In this document: positions 13,052 to 27,400 of the stretch, in pieces
Layout of the letters: each line of letters starts with the position of its first letter
Numbering within the stretch: the stretch's first letter is position 1
Source: Lingula anatina
Taxonomy: Eukaryota; Animalia; Brachiopoda
Assembly (NCBI GenBank): GCA_051362555.1
Contig: CM120640.1
Coordinates: 3,720,001-3,784,000 of the forward strand
DNA length: 64,000 nt
Reading direction: 5' to 3'
Notes under the pieces: model-generated
Database searches by the model: none
Told to the model about the DNA's origin: nothing
The model's input: only the letters and a program-made list of their open reading frames with translations
Position numbers and translations under genes: made by a program

Positions 13052-13959
13052 CTACAATCCAGACAAAACTGATGTGAAAACTTTTAAAAAAAATATTTCA
13101 AATGGCCGTGAAAGACTAGTCCATTGAAATAGTTATCAGTTATCTTGTGAAATAGAAATTTTATAGGTATGTTTCTGGAGGGTTTGTATGTCACCACAGT
13201 GGCCAGTCCCTGTACTTGAATTGGGTTGATAACATTATAGAGCGTAACAGTTAGCTCACTCAATACGTCATGATGCTTGACTTTTTTTGAAGGATGTTTC
13301 ACCATTGCAAAATGTCAAGAACATAAAAATCCTTATTTTTAAATAAACTAATAAATCTGAATGTACATATAACATGTTGATAAACTGCGAAGAAGTTTTT
13401 TTTTTTTTTTTTTTTTGATGATTTTAACATAGATCCTATTAGATTTTTCTGTCGACTTGAAGTGCAATTCAGAAAAGTGTGGAAAATAACAGGGCTTGTA
13501 AGACAGTTTCTGAATATATTTTGACGTATTTAGAATAAAACTAACGAAGCAATTTTAAAATTTGAAGAAAATTATAAACAATAACCAAAGTGCCGAGAGC
13601 TCTAATAACTTACTTCTGTGGTTGATTTTGACATCATAGTTGAACAATCTTGGTTATGAATTCTGGATATTTTTGTCCGTTTTCAAATAAAGGTGCGCTG
13701 TCCGCAAGTATCTAATGCACAACAATGCATGCAACACAACAAAATGAGGTATAAAATAAATGAAATTGAATACGTAAAACAAAGAGTGAATGAATAGATA
13801 AGTACACTGTTAAACTTTTTTTACATACATAACAGAAATAAAGTGCCAAAAAATTTGTTTGGTCATTATTTAGCTAGCTATGCCCTGCATAGCTGCATTT
13901 TCTCTCCGTAGTAGACTAGCGGCATTCCAGGTTTTTCAGGTTTAAACATTTATTTATTG

Positions 13960-13962
<3 letters not shown>

Positions 13963-14015
<53 letters not shown>
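13963..14015. repeat. (TA)n microsatellite
   Basis: Directly visible. Confidence 0.95.
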
Positions 14016-14016
<1 letters not shown>

Positions 14017-15999
14017 GAATTCGACTAAACAGCGTAGTTTTCGCGAGCTGTGCTCAAAATTGGTAAACCATAGCGTTCGTGTCACGAGTCGCTCCGGAAA
14101 GTGTGTGAAAGCATGACGCTTATCGGCTGACTCAGGTTTGCGCACAATATGATTTTATTCTTTTTATTATTGTAACATGATTATTTAGTAATAAAGTTAT
14201 ATCTTGTATGACAACTTAGTATGGTTTGTTTTAGGTGCACCAATTCAAACTAAAGACAACTAAAATGGTGAAACTTATGGGTGCAGAGTAGATAACGGCT
14301 GTAATATGCATAGCTGGGAATACATGTACACAATAATAATAATAATAATAATTTAAATAAATAAAAAAAAACAGGGGATGATATGAAATAAACAAATGTA
14401 AGGACATATGTAACACAAATATTGAACTTATAGAAAATAATTTAGCATAGTGTGAAATATACATGGGCCCTGTAAATAACCCGCCAGGGTGAATGAAAGA
14501 TGGAGTAGATTTCTATGAACCGTGGATCATGTACTTTAATTTCCATCCTTCACAGAATAGAATTTACAGACGTGCGGCAGTGAGCTGGATGAACGTTTCA
14601 GACAGACATGATTTGTTTTTAATAATGATATTTACATCATACTCCTCACGATAAAAAAATATCCATTTGTCTTAGGGTAACGGGGCTTTGATTTTGTTTC
14701 TGAAAATTGAATTAACCTGAGAATTCAAATAAGTAGATTTTTTCTACTGACATCGTGAAAACAGAGTTAACCACAGGATTAAAAACCTCAGAAAATAAAA
14801 AGAAAGTCCCTCATGCCGCAGGTACACTTAGTTTTCTAAGGCATTGTTTCTTCATGATTTAGAAAAGTCGATAACACATTATACCACAAACCATCGGTCG
14901 TATTCGAAATCAGACAGTAGAATAAATACGGTGTTTTCTTTCAGTTGTCTTTTAATCAAGGATATTATCTCTTATGCATAGCCATCGTGCGTATTAAAAC
15001 TTTCAAAACTCGTAACGACTTGCTGCCGATGGCGAAAAATTGGCTTATAAAACTGACTGCGTGGGTTTGTGACGGGGAACAAAGCTAGCAACGTCATAAA
15101 CATGTATGCTGTCTTGAACTTCGGCAATATCCAGAAAATTGCTGGCTTAGCAGAGATGATGCCGACGGACAGAAATAAATTGGAAGTCTTATATCAAGCC
15201 TCCCTCAATCAGAAAGGGATTATCCGCGCACGCCGTGCATCATTCATCACAGTTCAATAAGGCAACGTTAAAACGTGTACTGAGTTTGTCTGTTGAAAAT
15301 ATTCATTATGCTATTTAGGCTCTACGCTGGTCGAAAATGTCTGTTCTTTCTGAGCATACAGTTTTCGTAGATTTCTAAATCTGTACAGATGTTGCCCTTA
15401 ATGTCTGTTTTGTGTAGTATAATTAAAAAAAACTATGGGCACGTTTTGCGTCTGCTAGACTTTTTTTTTCATTTCGTCGATATGATATTCCAGTTTACTT
15501 GGGGGTAGGGGGAGCAAATGAAAATCGTTAAATGTTTTGAAGGCTTGGATCTGCCACTGAGGCATAATGTCTGAGAGCTGTTAAACTTATTATTTTCAAA
15601 GTTTGAATCAATTTAATTTTTAATCAAGTCAAAGATTTAGTTCCTGAAATGTAGTATAATTGACAATTGAATTTTATTTTGCTTTATTATTGTCATTAAT
15701 GAAGATCATGTCGCAAGTAAATTTTTTGAAAACGATCTTTATTTATTTTGACTTAAAAACAATGGTAACCAAAGTTCCGTGTAATCTTTCCATTAACATC
15801 AGATTTGAGGCATTTTTTTTCGCCAATCGATTCAAGCATATTTATAGAAACTACGTGAAAAAAGAAGAAACGCGTAGGCTGACATCCCTATGAAAAATCT
15901 TTGGATGCTATTCCAAGTTAATTCTACGTCTTTGCATCATGATTGCCGCAAGCTAGGTTCGATTGATACAGATATTAGCATTGGTAATTAATCCTCAGC

Positions 16000-16120
16000 C
16001 TGCCGGGGTATATATGCAGGGGTTTAACCGTAGTTCTATCATCTCCAGTATTGCGTGGGACACAAGGCGTGGGTTGTTGTCCGGAGTCTATATACACTTT
16101 GTCCAGCACATGACTCATCC
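16000..16120 (+). promoter_or_regulatory. Candidate TPH proximal promoter elements
   Basis: TATA-like TATATAT near 16009, CTATATA near 16088 and an AP-1-type TGACTCA at 16111, about 260-360 bp upstream of the ATG. Confidence 0.3.
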
Positions 16121-16369
16121 CAGGTGAACGCCGTGGACAGTGAATGCATTTACTAGAGAACATCCGACAAGGTGGACGTAAAACCTTCGAGGGGTGGACC
16201 CTAATTTTTCGCACCAGAGAAAAGAAACGTTCGGCCATCTTCTCGTCTTCTGGTTGAGTTTTTGTTTCAAAAACGTTGTTAAATTTAAACGATACGTGTT
16301 TGAAATTAGTTTTTTCTTTAGGAAAGTTTTCTTATTTTCAAAGAAAACGACATAAAATACGAATTCACC

Positions 16370-19300
16370 ATGGCGTCATCACCAAAGAAAAATGGCTCGG
16401 CAGTGGACAGGAAAATATACGGCCGCCGTCGCTGTACCAGCGTGGCCACCTTCAGCGAGAAAGACCTTGAGATGGCGGAACACAACCCGGGATTGCTGAA
16501 ACTGGAGGTAATAAGATTTGTAAAAAATGACCAAAGGCTTTTTAAATCAGCTTATAATTTTTGCGGAAACTTGACTGCAATTTTAAATCATGCGATTTCA
16601 AATCATGCTGTGACTTAAAAAAATGACAATTGGATATCTTTAAAATATTATTATGAGATATTTATGACAATGGTCCTTGAATAGGCGTAATAGTTCTTTT
16701 TTATTTGCGTTTAGATAATCCGGCTAAAATATTGGGAAAACTGTTTTTACTAGTTTATGAACTACATCTTTACATTGTGAAGTCTCTCCAGGAAGGTTTT
16801 CGTACCTGAAAAATAAAAATGTTACGAAGCTAATTTGTGGAAAGAAGTTAATGTTTATTTTGTGTTATATAAATGCATTTCTTTTTCCATATTTTATTTC
16901 CTTCGCTAAAAATTAAAGCACAAGATAATTTGTATAATAATGTGTATTATAGCTGTAGTCAATACAGGTAAACTATCATTAATTTATTATATACGTTATA
17001 TTTATATGTATATGGATATTATAGCTGAATAGCAAAACAGGCAAATTATTCCATTTTACTTTCCTGGTATTTTCTATACTTTTCATTAAAAGACCAATAA
17101 CATTACGGCCGTAAACAATATCTGAAACCTATTTAATGAAAAGTTTGAAACAAATGTCAAAACAAGCAAAAAAGGACTGTTTTCAGAACCGAAAGATTGA
17201 AGTCATGTTTCCTGATATGCACAGTCAATGCCATGTAGGGACGGGTGCCCTACGTCACGCTTGAGACGCTTGAGATAGTCAAAGCGTTTCACAAATTAAA
17301 CTATATACAAGCACTCACAATGTTTTTAATTAACTGCCCAGGACATTCATTTTCAATCTTTTAGGCACAAGGCGTTGTTTGGTTTTTGTGTTTTTTCATT
17401 ATCCTTCAAGGAAGCTCGAGAGGATGCTGGTCTTCATGTTACCAGTTTGAAAAGCGCGTGCTTGTCTTGCTTTGGACATAATAATAACAAAATGACCTTT
17501 ACAAGTTTCTATCAAACTGGTTTCTTAAGGTTGAAGAGCCTCTTTCTAAAATACTCTCTCGTGGCATCATTTTAAGGAGGTGTATTTTCGCCCTTTGTTG
17601 ATACTAAGTAAAAATTCCAGTAATTCATGCAAAAAAAAAAAAAAAACGTGAAGTTGTTAAAAATTCATTGTTTTGCCACAAGTTGCAAAGGACACCTACT
17701 CTTTTTCATTAATATTTATTTCCAAACAGGCATTAGTCCTACAGTGTATATGTCAAGATAGCATGTGTTCTGTCCACACTAATCGGCCCTATAATATTAA
17801 CTCCATTCTTTTCAGAATAACAAATACAGAAATACAATAGAAACGTTGCATGTACCAACGAATACTGATAAAATAATTGTTACGATTGGGAATAATTTAA
17901 TAAAAATGTTTTTTGTTTTATGACAGAACTTGGGAAAACCAATATTATAGAAGTCTTTGACTGTATGCTACCCTTAAGATATTAATTATGACAGGCACCT
18001 CATCAAAAATCCAAATGTTTGATAAACTAGTGGTCTACTCTTCGTGTCCATATTTAAAAACTTATCATATCAAGTGCACAGTATCTTAACTTGTTATTTT
18101 CCAGCATAAGTTGAAGATCTTGAAAGAGGAACAAAAGGATGCATTGCTGGCGGAGACGAATTCTTTGGTGTTTTGTCTGAACAACCATGTTGGCGGGCTG
18201 GCCAAAGCCCTGAACGTGTTTCAGGTAGTAAGTTTTGTCTTACTATTTAATTTTATATGTTAACCGTAGAGCAACTGTCCAAAAATGTCCAAAAATGAAC
18301 TCTGGGAGGTTTACATACGAAATTGCTTCAAATACCATTGGAAATTAGCAATGGATCAGTATCAGTAGCTACTGACTGAAGCATGTAAAGTTAATTTCTT
18401 TGGATTCTGTGACTGCTTCCACAATAATGATTTTAAGACATAAGATATAAGCCATATATGTTTTACTTGCCATACAACCTTTTACTTGCTGAAGTTTTTT
18501 GAAAATAAATTCTGAAAGTTAAACAACCTTTCGGCGTGGTGACGAGGTAGGAAGTACAGAGCAATACAAATACGAATTAACATAACAAACTGACAATGCC
18601 AATATAGTACTATAGATATATAAGGTTATGTGTCCAATTCAGGAGTACGGCGTAAACGTCGTACACATCGAATCACGTAAATCCCGCAAAGCGGATGCTG
18701 AATACGAGATCTACGTGGACATCGAGAGTGACAACCCCACCTTGTCGAGCGTTGTGTCCAGTCTGGAGAACGAGGTGTCCATGATAGCGTTCCACGCCGA
18801 CAAGGAGTTGCCGCCATCCACTCCTGTTGACAAAAACGGCAAGGAAGGTGAGCATCTCTCTCGCAGTATGTCTTCATAAACGCTCTCCAGTGCAGAGCCA
18901 AGCAAAAATAAAGTACATGTATCTAGAGAGTTTTCAATTATGTTTTGGCTCAACCTACATTCTGCTCTCATCTTTGAGCTATACAGTAGTAAATCTTATC
19001 GAAATAAATGAGTTTAAAACATGTGTAATATAAAGCTTTCCTTCACTTATTATTTTTTTTTACATAGTGACGATGGTCCCCTGGTTTCCTAGAAAAATCT
19101 CAGAACTTGATAAAACTGCCAACAGAGTGTTGATGTATGGCACAGAATTAGATGCTGATCATCCGGTAAGCATCCATCCGTCACTATTAAATGTCATAAC
19201 ACATTTACTTTTCGTTGAAAGGTAAACCAGACTGCTGCGTTCATCTAATCTTTTTCTACCTTAATGGCAAGATTTAAACAAAAAGTGACAATTGATGGCA

Positions 19301-22300
19301 ACAGGAAAGGACCTGGACTATTTATTTAATACGTTCGTTATATATAAATAGAAAATAATTTGAAGTAACATCAAACAAAGGCTAAAACTCTGGTTAAATT
19401 TTCCTTGCCAGGGTTTCAGAGACAACGTGTACAGAGAAAGACGCAAGTACTTGGCAGATCTGGCGAGAAACTTCAAACAGTAAGAGTGATATCCCGTAGA
19501 ACTTAAAAGTATCGCGTCAGTGTTGGCTTCAGTCCCATCAGCGTGTTAAACTGAATGGAAAATAAGAAAACTGTTTTCCAAGTAATGTTTTCTCACAGAC
19601 AGGAAATTAACGATTGTGTTTGTCAATTACATCTCGGTATTTATAAGCAAGGCCATTAGATGTGCCCTGAAACGGTCGGAACAAATGTTCCTTAATACTT
19701 CTATAATTGAGGACAGAAAGTTAATATCCCGCAGTATCGATCCCATAAAACAGGCGCGTCGAGCAGATTTAGACTAAGAACCCTCAAACTGTTCCATCAT
19801 CCGAGTTAGATATGTTTATCCTTGAATGAATTCATATTTATCTGTATTTAATTGATCTTTGTTTGAGGGCAAATGTGACGCTAAGAAGCTGTCGTTTTCA
19901 TTACAGCGGAGATCTCATACCGAGGGTTCAATACACGGAGGAAGAAATTAAAACATGGTATGGACCAAGAAAGAAATAGACTGTAACTGTCAAGTAGAAT
20001 GTATTAATTTTTTTAAAAGGAAGAAGGATTTACTGTAGTCCATTTTCTTCAAAGTTGATGGAATACACTGTGCATCATTATGCCCCTATTTCACACAGAC
20101 CACGAATCCCACGAATGGCCATGAATTGGCAAATTTCACGATTCGTGGTTGAATCGTAATCAGTTCGTGAAGTTCTTAACAGATTCGTATATATTCGTAG
20201 TCAGTTCTTGCACTTCTTGACCAACAGGAATTGGTGGCAAAAACTTTGATGCCCCTATTTCACACAGACCACGAATCCCACGAATCGCCAGGAATTGAAA
20301 ATTTCAGGATTCGTGGTTGAATCGTAATCAATTCGTGAAGTTCTTAACAGATTCGTATATAATCGTAGTCAGTTCTTGCAATTCTTGATCAATCGGGAAT
20401 TCGTGGCAAAATTTTCGAGCTGTTCAAAGTTTTGGCTACGAATTCCCGATTCCAAAAAAATCGTAGTGAATTTCTGGACAATATTCGTGCGATTCCAGCC
20501 GAATCCCACGAATATTCGTTACACTATCGCACCTGTATCGTAACTGAATCGTAGAGCGTGTCAAATTAGACCACAAAATTGGCAAAATCTCACGAATCCT
20601 GAAATTTGTCAATTCCTGGCGATTCGTGGGATTCGTAGTCTGTGTGGAATATGGGCCTCAGAAAACCTTTCATCTATCTGCAGACTTGGCATTCAGAACA
20701 AAAAAGCTATTGTTGTGTATCAGCTTCAAATGTTTAAAATTAGAAAAAAAGGGAAGAAAGAATACTTCAAATCTGGAGAACACTAAAATTTAAAGAACGA
20801 TACAGAAAACGCATTTATTCACACTTTTTTGAATAAATGGATATCGCGAAGGCATAGGCATTAAGAGGGAAATTAAAATGCATGATCAAAATCCGTTTTG
20901 ATGATGTGCCTTAAACTTCATGTCTATTATTTCTCTGTTATTTTCTTCAATCAATACATCACGCTACATATGTAAAAAGGAAAACCTCCTTATGCATGCG
21001 TTAACATCTAACCAGATGTTAGGGACACTGATAGTTTGATTCCATCAGTGAGGCATCCGGCAGGAACAGCGGCAAAATTCCAACGCAAAACTACGCAAAA
21101 AAATAATAAATAAATAAAGATACAAGTTTGATTAATAGGTAGGAATAAAATCTGAGGCACGAGACTTCATGCCATCCTGTTTTAGATCTTTGTTCTGCAA
21201 AGGAACATGACTGTGGCATTATTTTGGTTAGAACACTGGTGTACAATAAAGCGGTACATTCAGTCGTTGCTGGGATACACAAGCATAACATGAAAACAAC
21301 ACGCATTTTTTTATTATTAATATTATTATTGCACACCAAAATAGGGTGCTTTTTTGAGCTAAAAAGCCTGTACATAAAACAGCTGATTAGCTTTCAATTA
21401 GTTAAACTGCATGCAGGTCATCCCCCCTCGTCTTTTACATGTAATTGATAGGGATAGAATATTATTTTATCATGTCGCAAAGAAAAGCATTAAATAAAGA
21501 TGTCAAAAAATGTCAAGTCTGTGGTCACTTTACGCCTTTATCATTTTAACTTTTAAAAAAATTACAGTATCAAATCTGCTTTCAGTACACGTGTTACTGA
21601 AAGAAATCAGTTTGATTAATTATTCTGTATCAACGTTTAGAAATTTAGCCTCAAAGTAATACTGGAACAGCCTACTTTTAACTCCCCGTCTAACGCCTTT
21701 TTATCACCGACCAGCATTTTGAAAACAAAATATCTTATTTGAATTAACTTTACCTTTGCAGGGGCACCGTATTCACCGAGCTTACTAACCTTTATCCAAC
21801 TCACGCGTGCAGAGAGCATTTGGCCAATCTTCCACTCTTAATCCACTACTGTAACTACAGGTAAAATAATGAAATATATATTATTATCAAACTGCTTTGA
21901 TAAATGTTTGTCCTCTAAGTTAGATCATGTTGAAATAATCATGCTACGAGTACAAACATCGTTTCTTTTTGCAGTGGCAAGTTAAGACAGGAATTCGTGT
22001 ATGACCTTTTTCGCATATGAAATGTGAAGATAAGCAAAAATTATGTTTCTGTGACATTTCAGGGTGGACAATATCCCTCAATTGGAAGACATTTCTAGAT
22101 TTTTAAAAGGTAATTTACAGTACATCAATACAAAACCAAGCCTCCTAGCTATGGATATGGACGAAATAAAAGCATATAAAAAACCCATTAAGAGTTTGGT
22201 CAAACCGCATGTTTCTATAAGTTTTTTGCGACAGCCAAGTTCAAACATAATTAACCAAATCTGTTCACCCTGGTTGCATTATTTTAAAAGCAAGAGAACA

Positions 22301-24871
22301 ACGGTCCATGTAAGTCAAGTTGAATATATCTAATCTGCAGTATTACTGAAATAAGTAATCGCCTTTTCTTTTTGCTTTTTAGAGCGTACAGGATTCCAGC
22401 TGCGCCCAGTGGCTGGCTACTTGTCATCACGTGATTTTCTGGCTGGCCTCGCTTTCAGAGTTTTTCACTGTACGCAGTATGTACGTCACAGCTCGGACCC
22501 TCTCTACACACCGGAACCGTGAGTATCACGTTTAGCAGACGTGAAAATGGAAAGAAATATCGGAAAACAAAGCATAAATGTGTTGATATACCGGTACTAA
22601 GCGGTTGGAAATGGTGTTGAAATTTCATACACAGTAAGATTTTTTCTCTATTTCGTACTTCTACAGGCAAGTCCAGACTGATGTAACAATAAATCAGTAT
22701 ATGAAAAATTACACAGGATAATTCCTGCAATTAGAATCATGAAAATGAAGGTTGCGGAAAAATTCTCCCTCAAAGCCCAATGCCAATTTTTAAAATTATT
22801 TACTACATAGTGGGAACGAGAGTGCCACTTTATTTGGTGAACAGCCTGGAGAAAACGAGAGATAAAATATTACAGCTACAGAATACTAAGCATCGTATTC
22901 ACAGTTTCAATAATGATCATGAGATCACACTAATTTTAAAAAAATCTTTTGTCATAAGAATCTATCTTTTTCCTGATTAAGCCGTCCAGTCCGCCCACTA
23001 CAGATAATGTGAACAGTCGGATAAGTCTGACGATAAGACAAGTGATGGCATTACATTCTTACACTTGGTTGTCCATTGTAGGGACTGCTGTCATGAAATT
23101 TTAGGCCATATGCCACTGTTGGCGGACCCTAGCTTCGCGCAGTTTTCCCAGGAAATCGGCTTAGCGTCCCTCGGGGCCTCAGATGAAGAGGTGCAGAAAT
23201 TAGCCTCGGTAATTATCCCCTGGCTGTGCATTTACTCAATATTGTCTTTTCTTGCTCTTAATCCAAATGTTATCAAGCGTTTGTGAAGCAACGTAAACAT
23301 ATTTAACGCAAAGTGCTAACTGTTTTTGTATATCTATGTATAAACATTTTCCCCTTTTGCAGTGTTACTTCTTCACCATTGAGTTCGGGGTGTGCAGGCA
23401 AGATGGTGAACTGAGGGCATACGGGGCAGGGCTGCTCTCCTCCATTGGGGAACTTAAGGTAGTGTTTTTATTTCAAACAATTATACATTAAATAGCAATG
23501 AAAATGTGCATTTTGTATCAAGGTCATAGCTTTTATTTATTTTCATCATATTTATATGCACAACTTAAACTTAAACAAAAGAAACTAATATCTATTTTTT
23601 TCATTTCGAGAATAATATTTAATAAATTGACCTTCAGTAAATGGATAATGGAAATTGTGTGAATTTTAGCACGCCTTGCAGATGTCAGAGAAAATAAGAA
23701 AGTTTGATCCAATCAACGCAATTGAACAGGAGTGCCTGATCACCACCTACCAGGACGGATACTTCTACACTGATAGCTTTGAGGACGCTAAGGAGAAAAT
23801 GAGGTAAAAAATTTGTTTGGAGTAAGTCATAAATCCATTGTAACGAAACTGAGGGTCCATGTAACAGAAAGTCCGCCCTTTGTAACAGAAAGTCCAGTCA
23901 TAATTATAATGGTTAGGGTTAGCCTGGCGTAAGTGGCTCAAAATCAAGGGTGAGGCTTACCTGTACAAATGAATGGGAAGCGGACTCTCTATCATGGGGG
24001 ACTCTCTGTCACGTTGCACCGGAACCAGACCAGGAGGTGAATAAACGCATTAACTACAAGTCTGTATGAAATATGTTTAATTCTACAAAGGGTGCCTTGT
24101 CGTAGACGTTATTTCAAAGAGGAATGATTGGTTGTTACGCGCAAGCTGCCTGTCACTTTAAATCAAAAGTTACAGTCATTAAAATGTAACCAGCATAAAC
24201 CATGTCCAAATGACGTATTTAGTGTAACTTGTATAAAGTTATCCCTGCGCAAATTAAGTTATAACGTAACCGCAAATGGCTTAATAATGGACATTTCATT
24301 GTAATACATGTAATACATGGGATATTATAAAATTAACGCAAATTTCATTGAATAAAAACAATATTATTAGTGCTGTGAATCGTTTTTCTAAAACTAATAG
24401 TTGCAATTTTAAAAGCGAGACAAATGAGTGAAAAAAAAACAAAAACAATTGTTCCCAGAACTTCTGGAAATTCCATATTTTTCAAGCAATCATATGCATA
24501 ATCCAAATTCTTTTGAATTCATGATAAAGAGAAGTTCAGTATTGATCTAAACTCGTTGGACTTATTACAAATGTCACATGATAAAAGATTACAGATGAAA
24601 TTAACCACCGCCATCGAAATATAGGTGCCAGGAAAGCAGAATATATATGATTTTATTTTTTCACCCTTTCAGACAGTTCGCGATGACCATCAAGCGTCCG
24701 TTTGCGGTGAGGTATAACCCTTACACACAGAGCGTGGACGTCCTGGACAGTGCCCGTCAAATAGCCATTGTAGTCAACGAGCTCAAGGGAGATCTCTGCA
24801 TCATCAGCGACGCCGTCAAGAAGTTAAACAAGGATAAAGACGGGGAAACTGAGAATGTCTTCAACTACTGA
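16370..24871 (+). CDS. TPH: Tryptophan 5-hydroxylase (biopterin-dependent aromatic amino acid hydroxylase), 13 exons
   Basis: Exons approx. 16370-16507, 18105-18224, 18643-18847, 19068-19165, 19412-19479, 19907-19957, 21762-21860, 22063-22109, 22383-22518, 23082-23208, 23363-23458, 23670-23802, 24673-24871. ACT domain VVHIESRKS; [32 protein letters not shown]; [10 protein letters not shown] iron ligands; YFFTIEFG (Phe here is TPH-type, PAH/TH have YWF); YGAGLLSS; C-terminal tetramerisation helix. Confidence 0.95.
20082..20657. mobile_element. Non-autonomous TIR element in TPH intron 6, with its first ~170 bp tandemly duplicated
   Basis: GCCCCTATTTCACACAGACCACGAATCCCACGAAT occurs at 20082 and again at 20251. 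The inverted end ATTCGTGGGATTCGTAGTCTGTGTGGAATATGGGCC finishes near 20657. Confidence 0.8.
23834..24022. mobile_element. Short interspersed TIR element, inverted copy of 28946-29120
   Basis: GGCTTACCTGTACAAAT...GGGAAGCGGACTCTCTATCATGGG is the reverse complement of the 28946 element. Confidence 0.75.
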
Positions 24872-25511
24872 GTCTTTTTTTTTTACTTTTTTTTTTTCTC
24901 GTCACTGCTTATTCGCAGAGAGTGAGGACTCAATGGCGATGCTTGAACAATCCCATAACAGTTTCTTTTTTCTATTTTTTAATTTATCTTTCTTTTTTAA
25001 GGTGTACGGGGGGGGGGGGGTCAGGTGCAGCGCATCCAGTTCATGTAAACCCTTTGGTATTTCCATCCCCGTGATCAAATATACTGAAAAACATTCAAAG
25101 ATCTAAGTGGAACTGGGTCTCTAGCATCGAAGTCCACGAGCACCAGACCCCCTAGAATGCCCCCTTATTTAGTTCTGTACGCTCCGAGTGGGACTGACGA
25201 TCCCATAACGAAAAAAATTCCATTGAGATCTAAAAAGTATGTTCAAAATGTTCTGATATACCCCGGATTTCACCATCTCCAAAATGGAAAAATATTATGG
25301 TAATTCCTGGTCAAGCATGCCTCCTACCAGCTTAGAGTAACAATTACCTGTATTCGCTCAAACTAGAATTGATGGGGTGTGTGAGTGGAGATATTTTTTC
25401 CTTTCCATGAAAAGTGAGATTTTGCGATAAGAAATTATTTAATAATCTAGTGGTTGTTTATTTGAAAGATGAGCATATTGCTACCACGTGTCGGTTGCAG
25501 ACAACATTAGT

Positions 25512-25625
25512 CACAGGCGGATTTAGGGCGTCTTCTGGGTCTTCCGGAAGACGGACAGATTTTCAGGTTTACGGAACAACAAAGACAATTTGGAAGACTC
25601 AAAAAATATCTCTGAATCCGCTCCT
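25512..25625. mobile_element. Short element with GGCGGAT / ATCCGC-type inverted ends
   Basis: CACAGGCGGATTTAG ... CTGAATCCGCTCCTG; ends resemble those at 35771-36020 and 51961-52047. Confidence 0.45.
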
Positions 25626-27029
25626 GATAAGTGAATTGGTTTACTTCCAGACATTAAATACTATTTGCTGCTTTATTCTATAAATTATGGAGCCCTATTA
25701 CATTTAAAAACTGATAATCGTCTTGCTTATTATGCGACCTTATTTGCTTTGTTTAGCTCTTTCCATGTAAGGCTTATGTGTGTTTTATTCTAGAAATAAA
25801 AATGTTTGCCAAATTTGTCTGACAAAATTAGTGGATAACTATTTAAGCATGATATTTCCACATCCCACGTGATACCGAGTAATTGGAGTGAATAAAAAAA
25901 AATGCCATGTTCAAACTTCAGTTTTACGAGTGAAAGTGAACGATAATTATGCGTATACTACATTACCAGAGCGCGATGCAGTGCGAGTCCATTTACTCCT
26001 GTTTTCTAGAAAAGAAATTAATCCAAGAATCTATAAATTTGAATAGGGCCCTTTAAATGCCTGTATTGAACAGCGCTGAAACGCTGCTGTCTGACATACA
26101 TTTTAACTTAATGATCGAAACATACAATGGTTAAACTTTGAAAACACAACAATCTTTCTTTACTGTCAGCATTTCAATAAACTTAAAAAGTAAATAAAAA
26201 TAAATAATGTAGATAACAACATTCTGAAGTGGTAGTAAGTCCATATCAAGACCAAGCTACATACAAGGTGATATTTCAAATCATAAAATCAAAGCAAAAA
26301 TTGTATGAGAGGCTCTCATACAACAAATATACAACACGTATTTTTGTCCGTGTATATCGAATAGGCCTACGTACATTACAATGACCTTACCAGGCTGTAC
26401 ATTTATAGCCCGATGTGCGATAAGCGTTCTTTACTCGAGCGAATTAAAATTATTAACACATCGATTGCGTTTTCAGCACTCTGAATATTAACTGCCCAAA
26501 AGATGTAGACTGCAACAGGCAGAGAGTAGGGGGCCTATAAGAGCAGTTCATTTAAAATCACTAATAATTATCCACTCGCTGGCCACCATCGGAAACGTCC
26601 ACTTGGGCACAGGCTACCGCACAAGTAGCTTTAACCGCATTGGCCTATACATGAAGGTAGGCCTAAGGTTTTTAGTTGCCTCTTCAGCCTCTTAACGGCG
26701 AGCTAAAAATCCATTCAATATGGGTGCCGGTAGGCCTACCTTTGTTGATTGCGTAATACCTGATTGTGTGTACACTGCGCATAAACTCTGAGCCTAGCTT
26801 TGTCTTTGTATTCACAGTGACATAACAAACATCCGCCATTACACATAGCCTATCTTGATACAACTACGCGTTACAAAATTGCGGCCTCTGGTAAACTAAA
26901 GTGTTTTCGCGTTTCACATTCAATGCAAGATGCATTCAAATCAATGCCAACTTAATTCGCCAGTTCTGATAAACAGCTACAAAGAAAAGACGACGTTCAG
27001 GCTAGCACTCATTTAAAGGCCTTGACCTC

Positions 27030-27400
27030 AGAGGGGTATAAATAGAACTCGCTATGATTGGTCGTTTTGATAACATATGGCATACGGGTTATTTGCGCGT
27101 GCGTACTGTCTGGAGTTTTGAGTGACGTCGTACCATTAGATGCTCTCCGGAATGGACATCTACTAGAAAAACAGCATTTCTCGTAAGTGTAATTGGTTAT
27201 CGTACCCGAAAGTGCATAGAATTTTTACTTTGACCTTGGAACTCGGTGGAAGTTCAGCAATATTTCTATTACAACTTACACGTATAATGTAAGTCGTATG
27301 CGAGCACCAGCGGTCAAGTTCTCCCGTGTTAAAATGGCGGCAATCCTCACAACTGAGCGCGCAGAATCGAAATAAGAGTTAAGGATGTCATTGACGTCAG
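27030..27400 (+). promoter_or_regulatory. Probable promoter and non-coding first exon, likely of the LRIF1-like gene
   Basis: TATAAATA near 27036, ATTGG near 27057, CRE-like TGACGTC near 27123 and 27393, splice donor GTAAGT at 27183, YY1-like AAAATGGCGG near 27331, locally raised CpG. Confidence 0.45.

Noticed and set aside
13954-14145. ORF with a YI repeat
   Set aside because: It is a (TA)n microsatellite artefact.
16370-24871. Annotation as phenylalanine or tyrosine hydroxylase
   Set aside because: YFFTIEF, HIESRKS and NRVLMYG are TPH-type signatures.
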